A stretch of 32,000 nucleotides of DNA, from positions 306,318 through 338,317 of the forward strand of contig CP001328.1 in the NCBI GenBank assembly GCA_000090985.2, in the 5' to 3' direction. Positions 8,859-15,923 of the stretch are shown here, piece after piece (positions within the stretch are counted from its first letter, which is position 1; the number at the start of each line of letters is the position of its first letter). A program made the translations under genes and the position numbers. The notes beneath the pieces are model-generated. The model was not told the origin of the DNA. It did not search any database and saw only the letters and a list, made by a program, of their open reading frames with translations. This DNA is from Micromonas sp. (Eukaryota).

Positions 8859-9309
8859 GGGAGGCTTTCGCGCCCGCCGTCGCTCGCGATGCACTCGCGA
8901 CGACCGCGGGTGGGAGCTTCGCGCCAGCCTTCGCGCCCGACTCCTCCCCGGGCCGCGGCGCGCGCGGGTGTGCGAAGAAACAACTCGTCAGCGCCCGCCT
9001 GTCCACCTCCCCAAGCTCCGTGGCGGATAGCGGATTGGCGACGTCGAGGGAACTTTCACAGCCGTTCGATTTTTTCGGGCTCTGACTGCAGCGGCCGTGC
9101 AGACAAAGTGCAAGTTTAGCGTTAGCGGGTTATATTCGCTCGTCACTCACACGGTGATCAGTTACGTTTTCGAATTCACGCGAAACAATAATTTTGCCAG
9201 GCGAGGCTCGCCCCCGCTTCCTGCGCTTCCCGTGTTTTTTAATCCCGAAGCTTCGCGCACGGCTGACCCTTTTCGCTCGGCGTACACGCCCTGCACAGCA
9301 TCGGGAAAC

Positions 9310-10255
9310 ATGGGCAAGACTCAGGACGTCGTGACCCGCGAGTACACCATCAACCTCGCCAAGGCGGTCCACGGACTGACCTTCAAGAAGAGGGCTCCTC
9401 GTGCGGTGCAAGCGGTAAGTGCCCAACCCCGAGACAAACGAGCCGCGATTAGGGCTAGGCGTCGGTACGACGCGCGAGACGCGGCGTCGACGCGAGTCAC
9501 GACGGTCGGTTCCCCTGAACGACGCGGCGTTCTATCGTTCACGTTATGAAGGGGGCATCGTGACGCCGTTCGTGTCGATCGATGACGCGCATCGCCCGGG
9601 GACGGGTCGTTTCCGTCCGCCCATCGCGGCCCGGGCTCGCCCGCTTCGCGCTCGCGAGGCGATGAGTCCTTTTTTCCCGAGCACCCCCGCTCACCTCCGC
9701 CCCCTCCTCGACGCCAACAGGTGAAGAAGTTCGCGCAGAAGGTCATGAAGACCTCCGACGTGCGTGTTGACGTGAAGCTCAACAAGGCTATCTGGTCCAA
9801 GGGCATCCGCAACGTGAGTAGACGCGCGTCCGCCCCGCACTTTTCGCATCGCCAGGTCCTAGGGTTTGGCACCCGGTCCGGACTGTTTCCCCGTACGGAA
9901 AGCACCGACGCTGACCGCGGTCCCGTACTTCCACTCCCGCGTCCACAGGTTCCCCGCAAAATCCGCGTGCAGATCTCCCGCAAGCGCAACGACGACGAGG
10001 ACGCCACGGTACGTACATCCCGCGCGGTCCCAGATCCTCGCGCGCGCGTCGAAGGCGTCGACGCCGCGCGACGGTGAAACCCAACAAATCTCTCTCGTCT
10101 CCCACCAAACATCTTCCTCCCCGGCGCGTGCGTCGTCGTCGTCCGTCTCTGACCCCCGGCGCCGTCTCTCGTTCCAACAGGAGGACCTCTACTCCTACGT
10201 GACCGTCGTCGACGGCCCCACCAACGAGGGCACCAAGGTTGTCGACGACGTCTAA
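9310..10255 (+). CDS. RPL31: 60S ribosomal protein eL31, 4 exons: join(9310..9414,9721..9813,9949..10008,10181..10255)
   Basis: The spliced product is [35 protein letters not shown]|[31 protein letters not shown]|[20 protein letters not shown]|[24 protein letters not shown]. It is 110 aa and collinear with the conserved eL31 sequence. All junctions are phase 0, with donors GTAAGT, GTGAGT and GTACGT and CAG acceptors. Confidence 0.92.
9415..9720 (+). other. eL31 intron 1 (306 nt)
   Basis: GCG|GTAAGT ... CTCAC branch-like ... AACAG|GTG. Required to join the conserved eL31 segments. Confidence 0.9.
9814..9948 (+). other. eL31 intron 2 (135 nt)
   Basis: AAC|GTGAGT ... CGCTGACC branch-like about 40 nt upstream ... 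CACAG|GTT. Confidence 0.9.
10009..10180 (+). other. eL31 intron 3 (172 nt)
   Basis: ACG|GTACGT ... TCTGACC branch-like ... AACAG|GAG. Confidence 0.9.
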
Positions 10256-10589
10256 GCGTCGAGCAAACGGTGTTGGGGTACATAGCTTGGGTTAAGATTT
10301 AGGGACACTCTCGCGTCGCAAGGTGGCTACCGTGCGGGCGCGAGGCGTCTCGAGCCGGAAAAAAAACCGATCCCGAGGGCGGGCGACGTAGCGCGTTTGT
10401 AATGTGAACTCTTCGTCCTCGAGAAGACTGTCGTCTCGGCCCGTAGCCAGAAGCGTACTGCCGCGGCGAGAGGATGTTTTTCACCAGCCCAAGTTCTAAC
10501 ACTCTGTGCGCTCTCGAAGTCCATCTGCAAACGTCGAATCAGTTTCGCGCGCGCCCCGCGTCGGTGGACCGTGGTGGCCCGTAGCCGAC

Positions 10590-11300
10590 ATGCCAAACTC
10601 GCGGGTGTTCCTCGACATCGACCTCGACTCCCACCGGGAGAAGTACCAGCGCGCGAGGGACTTCGTCGAGGCCACCGACCTGCGCTACGGATGGAGTAGC
10701 AAGGACATCGCCGAGCTCGGAGGTGGCGAGAAGCAGCGCGTGGTCGAGTGCTACGCGGACGACTTCGACTGGGGATCCAAGGGACCGATCGAGATCGAGC
10801 CCGCGGCGGAGGAGAGGGTGGTCATCGAGCTGTTCGACGACAAGGCGCCGCTGGCGGTGGAGAACTTCAAGGCGCTGTGCACTGGCGAGAAGGGCATGAG
10901 CAAGAACTGCGCGGTTCCCTACCACTACAAGGGGGTCAAGTTCCACCGCGTGGTCAAGGGGTTCATGATGCAGGGCGGGGACTTCGCGATGCAGAACGGG
11001 AGCGGTGGGGAGAGCATCTGGGGCAAGAAGTTCAAGGACGAGAAGGACGGTCTGAAGGGCAGGCACGACGCGAGGGGCGTGGTCGCGATGGGCAACACCG
11101 GGAAAAACTCCAACGGATCGCAGTTCTTCATCACCTTCGCGCCGTGCAAGCAACTCGACGGGAAGCACGTCGTGTTCGGTAAGGTGGTGGAGGGGATGAA
11201 CGTGATCGACAAGGTCGAGGCGGTGGCCGTGTCCCCGGGTGGGGTCACGGAGGAACCGACCGTGCCGGTGGTCATCGCGGACTGCGGCGCGCTCCCTTGA
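10590..11300 (+). CDS. Cyclophilin-type peptidyl-prolyl cis-trans isomerase with a roughly 60-aa insertion after the first beta strand
   Basis: The ORF-track start at 10506 is non-ATG; the first ATG is 10590 (MPNSRVFLDIDL). Cyclophilin motifs: ENFKALCTGEKG, YKGVKFHRVVKGFMMQGGDF, GSGGESIWGKKFKDE, NSNGSQFFITF, LDGKHVVFGKVVEGMNVIDKVE. Confidence 0.88.
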   Translation: MPNSRVFLDIDLDSHREKYQRARDFVEATDLRYGWSSKDIAELGGGEKQRVVECYADDFDWGSKGPIEIEPAAEERVVIELFDDKAPLAVENFKALCTGEKGMSKNCAVPYHYKGVKFHRVVKGFMMQGGDFAMQNGSGGESIWGKKFKDEKDGLKGRHDARGVVAMGNTGKNSNGSQFFITFAPCKQLDGKHVVFGKVVEGMNVIDKVEAVAVSPGGVTEEPTVPVVIADCGALP

Positions 11301-11499
11301 TTGGACGCGTCGGTCATAGCGAGCTAAACTCTTATAGCCAGCGCAGTAGCCAAGAGTGACGCGAACGTCTTTCGTTTTCATTACAAGGGAAGAAAGAATC
11401 TCGTAGCACTATCGGGACGAATGCGTTCGTCGCGCGGCGTCGTTATGTGTCAGTGGTCATGCGTACAGCGGCTCGTGTCTGGTCGAGCGGGTTTTTTTT

Positions 11500-12756
11500 T
11501 CAACGCCCGTCCTCCTCGGTGACGTCCTCGACCATGCCGTCAACCTCGACGACGGGGACGGCGCCGTCGTTGGCGTCGGCGTCGTCCTTGTTTTTATCGG
11601 CGGCGGAGGGAAGAGAGGCGGGGACGTCGCCGCGAACGGCCACCGTGATTCGTTCGGGCGCCGCGGGCTTCGCGGCGCAGACTGTGAGGACGCCGTTAAC
11701 AACCTCGGCGGCGACGGTGGCCTTGTCCACGTTCTCGGGCAGCGCGACGGAGAAGGAGTAACGCCTGCGGCCGAAGCGGGTGGACGCGTCGGCGCGCGCG
11801 GTGAGCGTGTTCTTGCGATCGATCTCGACGGTGAAGTCGGCGGCGGAAACCCCGGGGACCGCGCGTTGGATCAGGGTGATCACGTCGCCGTCGACATCGT
11901 CTGCGTTTTTGTTCGGGCCCCCGGCGTCGGCGGCGTCGTCGCCGGGGGCCGGAAGCCCGAGGGGCGTCGCGGACACCGGCACGTTCACCCCAGTCGCGCG
12001 AGGGTTAACCACGCGAATCGTGAGCAGGCCGTCGACGCACCACGCCCTGACTGTCGCTTCGGCGTCGGCGAGTCTGAGGACGCGACGGAACTTGCGGCCG
12101 CCGAGCGCGCGCGACGCGCCTTCGACGAGGAGGGTCTCCGCGGGCCTCTTGCGGGAGATGGAGATGTCGTGCCTGGAAAAGCCCGGGACGTTGATGACGA
12201 TGGTGTCACCGTCATCGTGGGCGTCCTTGGCGTCTTCGGCGTCCTTGGCGTCCTCGGCGTCCTTGGCGTCCTCGAGCATCGCGGTCGCCGGCGCGGAGTC
12301 GACGCGGATGAGCTCAGACTTGGGCGCCACCTTGGGGACGATGATCCTGAGCACGCCGTCGATGCACGACGCGGAGATGTTGGAGGCGTCCACGGCACCG
12401 CCAGTGGGTAGGCGGAGATCGGCGCGGACGTGCGGGTGCTTTTCGGACCTCACGGTGAGCAGGCCGCGCTCGGGCTTGGCGACGATGGCGAGATCCTCGG
12501 GGCGGACCCCGGGGCAGGTGGCGGAGACGAGGTAGCCCTCGTCGGTCTCGGACACCTCGGGATCGAAGTTGGGGACGTCGTCGGTGTCCATGGCGTCATC
12601 GGTGAGGACGAAGCGCACGAAGGGGTCTCGATGGGCCACGCGGAACGGGTCGGGGCCCCAGACTCGCCTCCGCGATCGCGGGCGGTGGAAGGGATGCGAA
12701 AACGCATCGGAGAAGATGGTGTCGAAGGCGTGGAAAGGAGAGGCGAAGAGCGCCAT
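11500..12756 (-). CDS. Small-HSP-related protein with three tandem alpha-crystallin domains (ACD)
   Basis: I take the start at ATG 12756 (MALFASPFHAF), giving 418 aa. The upstream part of the 738-aa ORF is Arg-rich and overlaps the better plus-strand gene at 13144. Three ACD-like units lie at about 12543-12328, 12207-12004 and 11886-11671. Each has an (A/V)PG...D(L/I/F) strand and a terminal GVLRIIVPKV / GLLTIRVVNP / GVLTVCAAKP strand. Confidence 0.75.
   Translation of the reverse strand: MALFASPFHAFDTIFSDAFSHPFHRPRSRRRVWGPDPFRVAHRDPFVRFVLTDDAMDTDDVPNFDPEVSETDEGYLVSATCPGVRPEDLAIVAKPERGLLTVRSEKHPHVRADLRLPTGGAVDASNISASCIDGVLRIIVPKVAPKSELIRVDSAPATAMLEDAKDAEDAKDAEDAKDAHDDGDTIVINVPGFSRHDISISRKRPAETLLVEGASRALGGRKFRRVLRLADAEATVRAWCVDGLLTIRVVNPRATGVNVPVSATPLGLPAPGDDAADAGGPNKNADDVDGDVITLIQRAVPGVSAADFTVEIDRKNTLTARADASTRFGRRRYSFSVALPENVDKATVAAEVVNGVLTVCAAKPAAPERITVAVRGDVPASLPSAADKNKDDADANDGAVPVVEVDGMVEDVTEEDGR
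12221..12274 (-). repeat. In-frame 18-nt x3 tandem repeat encoding (EDAKDA)x3 in the linker between ACD1 and ACD2
   Basis: Plus strand reads gcgtccttggcgtcttcg gcgtccttggcgtcctcg gcgtccttggcgtcctcg. Confidence 0.9.
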
Positions 12757-13143
12757 GTGCGTGTTGTCGATGTCGGTGGTGGTGGTGAGGGAGGTTGTGG
12801 TGGTCGTTGGCGGTCGGGGATGGACCTCGACGGCGGTGGCTGTTGCGGTCGGTGTTACGCTGCTGTGCGCAGAGCGAAGTGATGCGTCGCGACCGCCGAG
12901 TGCGCTCTTATGCAAAATTCCACAGCCGTTTCTTGAGATCGGCCGGCAGATTGCCTTCGTCGACCTTCGCACGCAGGCCGCGACTGAAAAACAGTCTCCA
13001 ACTTTTGTCCAAAGAAGGATCGCGAACGCTCCTTCAGCAGTCATCGATTGCGACAGGTCATCGTTTTTCGCGCACCTCGCCCGCGGGAAGGGCGGAGGGG
13101 CGCGCTCGCTCGCCAAGGGGGTCGGAGGGACACGTCGCGATCG

Positions 13144-14082
13144 ATGGGGTGCGTCGCTCGCGTCGCGTCTATGCTCGCGGCCCCACCACACGCGACGATC
13201 CCGATAAGATGTCGTTCGTCGCGTCCCGCCCCGCGCGTTTGCCGCGCCGAGCGCGCGCGCGGTGGCCCGTCCTCGTCGGAGGAGGATGCAGACGGCGCGG
13301 CGCCGAGGCACTGGAGCAGGAAGCTGCGCGGCGCCGGGTCGGACGTCACCAGGGACGACCTGCGGTACATGTCTGCCAAGGTGGCGCCCTCGGGGAACGA
13401 CGCGGGAGGCCTCGGGGCTACGCTCATCGGGGTGAAGCGCGACAGGGACAACGTCACGCTCGTGGAGGATGAGAGACTCGTCGTACCGTTCCTCGCCGAG
13501 GCGTTGGGAGTGACGCAGCCGGAGGCGGAGGACGCGCTCGCGCAGCTGTGCGCGATCCTCCCGCCGGTGCGACGCCGGGGTGCGATCCGCAAGATGGGCG
13601 CGCCGACGATCGCGAGGCTGTGCCGCGATCTTCCCGGTCTGTCGCGCAGGCTCTTGGAACTGAAAAGAGTCTTCCCCGCGTGCGACGTAGCGGAGATGGC
13701 CGTCGTCTCCAGCCACCTCCTGACCGAGTCGATGGAAGACGTCATCGAGCCGAGCCTGGCGGCGCTGAGGGAGACGTTCCCCGAGGCTGGCGTAGACGGG
13801 AAACCCGGGGTGGACAGGATGGTCTTTGCGGTGCCGCAGCTGTTGGACGCGGACTTTGCTAAAAAAGCCGTCGCCGCCGTCTCTTCATCGTTCGGCGTCG
13901 ATCTCGAGGCGGCGACGCGCGCGGTGCACAAGGACCCGAGGCTGGCGCTGAGGGTGGAGAGCGGAGCGGTGCGGAGCAGGTACTCCGCCAGCTTCGATCA
14001 GGCGAACGTGGTGGCGAACAGGGTGGTGAAGGAGCGGGCGAGGGAGGATTATTACCGCCCGGGGCGGGCGAGGGAGCCGTGA
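13144..14082 (+). CDS. Hypothetical protein with organelle-type presequence; possibly mTERF-like helical repeats
   Basis: The ORF-track start at 13048 is TTG; the first ATG is 13144 (MGCVARVASMLAAPP...). Coding-like composition and GC3-rich codons. Repeated L..LG/FP....P.LL-type segments (VVPFLAEALGVTQPEAEDA; LKRVFPACDVAEMAVVSSHLL; MVFAVPQLLDADF; FGVDLEAATRAVHKDPRLAL) are reminiscent of mTERF motifs. The function call is weak. Confidence 0.6.
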   Translation: MGCVARVASMLAAPPHATIPIRCRSSRPAPRVCRAERARGGPSSSEEDADGAAPRHWSRKLRGAGSDVTRDDLRYMSAKVAPSGNDAGGLGATLIGVKRDRDNVTLVEDERLVVPFLAEALGVTQPEAEDALAQLCAILPPVRRRGAIRKMGAPTIARLCRDLPGLSRRLLELKRVFPACDVAEMAVVSSHLLTESMEDVIEPSLAALRETFPEAGVDGKPGVDRMVFAVPQLLDADFAKKAVAAVSSSFGVDLEAATRAVHKDPRLALRVESGAVRSRYSASFDQANVVANRVVKERAREDYYRPGRAREP

Positions 14083-14227
14083 AGGTAGACTATTTACACG
14101 TATTAAGTAGCCGTATTAAGTGTTAGAACCCAGAGCCTCGGCGACTGTTCGTTCGACTCGACGCTTCGCGAGTGAGAAACGACCGCGCTTCGCGATTGAA
14201 ACGTCGGCTCGGCGCGGCGACGGCGAG

Positions 14228-14276
14228 CGTCTCGAATCCGTCTCAAATCCGTCTCAAACTCGTCTCAAAATTCGTC
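14228..14276. repeat. 11-bp tandem repeat CGTCTCAAATC x4.4 abutting the aminotransferase stop codon
   Basis: cgtctcgaatc cgtctcaaatc cgtctcaaact cgtctcaaaatt cgtca. The minus-strand stop codon is at 14275-14277, so the array is the very start of that gene's 3-prime UTR. It lies about 146 nt after the stop of the plus-strand gene. Confidence 0.9.
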
Positions 14277-15564
14277 AGCGCTCCACCCCGTCCAGCGCCT
14301 TCGCGATCGCGCCCTCGATCGCCCTCACCGTCCCGTCCGGGTCTCGCACCTTGTCCAGCCCGAAGAGGCCGAACCGAAACGTCCCCATCTCCGGCTGCGT
14401 CTCCAGCATGTACGGGACGCCCGCCGCGATTTGAAAACCCGCGGCTTTGAATTTGGCGGCGACGCTCTTATCGCCTACGTACGCGACGGCGACGCCTGGC
14501 GCGCGGTATCCCGGCGCGGCGACGATGGTCAGGCCGGCAGCCTCCATGACGTCCCTCACCCTGGCGCCCATGGCGACGAAGTCGTCCTTGATTTTCGCGA
14601 AGCCGTAGTCGCGCGTCTCGAACGCCGCGTCCCTGAACAGTCGGAGGCAATCGGTGGGCATGGTGGTGTAGTAGCTGAACCCGCCGGCGACGTAGGTGTC
14701 CATGACGCCGAGCCACTTGCGCAGGTTGAGCGTCATGCTGTCGCTTTTCGTCGCGCTTTCGTCGCGGACGAGCGCCTCGGCGCGCGCGGAGAGCATCACC
14801 ACGCCGGCGCACGCGTGTCCGCTCCATCCTTTTTGCGGCGCGGTGATGACGACGTCGATACCGAGGGCTTTCATGTCGACCCAGTAGGTGCCGGACGCGA
14901 TGCAGTCGAGGACGAAGACGGCGCCGACGCGGTGCGCGGCGTCCGCGATTTGTTTGACGTGATCGTCGGGGAACATCACGCCGGTGGAGGTCTCGACGTG
15001 CGGGGCGAAGACCACCTTGGGCTTTTCTTTTTCGATGGCGGAGACGATGGCGTGGACCGGGAGGGGCTTGACGTGCGGGCGGGACGCGTCGGTGCCCTCG
15101 GTGTCGAGCGTGGCCTTGAGGACGACAACCTCGGACGCGATCTCGGTCTGCTCGAAGATGTCGGTCCACCGGTAGGAGAAGTACCCGTTGCGGACGACGA
15201 GCGCCTTCTCGCCGCGCGCGAACTGTCGCGCCACCGCCTCCATGCCGTACGTGCCTGATCCGGGGAGGATGACGGTCGCCGCGGCGTTGTAGACGCCCTT
15301 GAGGAGGGTGTTCAGGTCGTTCATGACCTCGATGAATGGCGCGGACATGTGGTTGAGCGCGCGGTCGGTGTAAACCACGCTGAACTCCTTCAGTCCGCCG
15401 CTGTAGTCGTCCGGCATGGCGCGCCGGTGCCACTTCTCCGGAGCGATCGCGCCGTCGCCGTTGGCGTGGTACGGGCACGAGCCGCTCGCTTCGGCGAGGA
15501 CGGAGGGGGCGGCGATCGCGAGTGTCGCGATCGCCGCGACGATGACGAGGAACGAGACGCGCAT
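14275..15564 (-). CDS. PLP-dependent aminotransferase, class V (AGXT / serine-pyruvate / PhnW-like), with hydrophobic N-terminal signal-like segment
   Basis: The ORF-track start at 15648 is TTG; the first ATG is 15564 (MRVSFLVIVAAIATLAIAAPSVLAEAS). Class V features: LPGSGTYGMEAVARQF; HVETSTGV; VFVLDCIASG; ITAPQKGW, a lysine-containing segment I interpret as the PLP-lysine site (by analogy, not aligned). An alternative downstream start is ATG 15417 (MPDDYSGG). Confidence 0.8.
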   Translation of the reverse strand: MRVSFLVIVAAIATLAIAAPSVLAEASGSCPYHANGDGAIAPEKWHRRAMPDDYSGGLKEFSVVYTDRALNHMSAPFIEVMNDLNTLLKGVYNAAATVILPGSGTYGMEAVARQFARGEKALVVRNGYFSYRWTDIFEQTEIASEVVVLKATLDTEGTDASRPHVKPLPVHAIVSAIEKEKPKVVFAPHVETSTGVMFPDDHVKQIADAAHRVGAVFVLDCIASGTYWVDMKALGIDVVITAPQKGWSGHACAGVVMLSARAEALVRDESATKSDSMTLNLRKWLGVMDTYVAGGFSYYTTMPTDCLRLFRDAAFETRDYGFAKIKDDFVAMGARVRDVMEAAGLTIVAAPGYRAPGVAVAYVGDKSVAAKFKAAGFQIAAGVPYMLETQPEMGTFRFGLFGLDKVRDPDGTVRAIEGAIAKALDGVER

Positions 15565-15784
15565 CGGGATCGGACTCGGATCGAGGCGGGCGGATACGAG
15601 CGGGCGCGTCGCTTCGCGATCTGACGAGCCAAGTCTGACGAGGCGCAAACACGTTTACGTTGTTGGTCGCGGCATTGGCGTTTTCGCCAACCGCTGCGAT
15701 ACATATCTGCAAAATCGAGAAATCACCCCAATCAACTGCGAAAAGAGCCCCGGGATCCCGGGAACTCGCTTCAACCCCTTCCAG

Positions 15785-15857
15785 GGGGTCGTAGCTCACA
15801 TGGTAGAGCGCTCGCTTCGCATGCGAGAGGTACGGGGATCGATACCCTGCGACTCCA
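15785..15857 (+). tRNA. tRNA-Ala(CGC): Cytosolic tRNA-Ala, anticodon CGC
   Basis: Hand-folded 73-nt cloverleaf. Acceptor GGGGTCG/CGACTCC with the G3:U70 alanine identity pair. D arm GCTC-ACATGGTA-GAGC. Anticodon arm CTCGC-TTCGCAT-GCGAG (CGC at 15818-15820). T arm CGGGG-ATCGATA-CCCTG. Discriminator A. As far as I recall, the GGGGATCGATACCC T arm matches plant cytosolic tRNA-Ala. No intron. Confidence 0.95.
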
Positions 15858-15858
15858 C

Positions 15859-15874
15859 TTTTTTTATTTTTTTT
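15859..15874 (+). terminator. RNA polymerase III terminator (T7-A-T8)
   Basis: tttttttatttttttt begins 2 nt after the tRNA discriminator base. Confidence 0.7.
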
Positions 15875-15923
15875 GCCGGAGCGTCCGATAAATCCAACGG
15901 CGGATAGCGCGCCGCAGAGAGCC

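Noticed and set aside
8774-9085. 103-aa ORF in the PhoD-like/eL31 spacer, and other short ORFs in spacers (for example 1934..2191 and 14120..14434).
   Set aside because: They show no coding-like codon bias or motifs. They run through tandem repeats, and their positions fit promoter or UTR sequence.
9127-9135. Search for an exact P1BS (GNATATNC) near the PhoD-like gene. The best hit is TTATATTC in gggttatattcgc.
   Set aside because: It is not an exact match (first position T instead of G). It lies about 390 bp from the PhoD-like ATG and closer to eL31. Only the near-match in the GGGTATCC array is reported, and that as speculation.
12757-13716. N-terminal 320 aa of the 738-aa minus-strand ORF upstream of the triple-ACD coding region.
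   Set aside because: The composition is Arg-rich and non-coding-like. It overlaps the better plus-strand gene 13144..14082. A clean ATG (12756) precedes the first sHSP-like sequence, so I truncated the CDS there.
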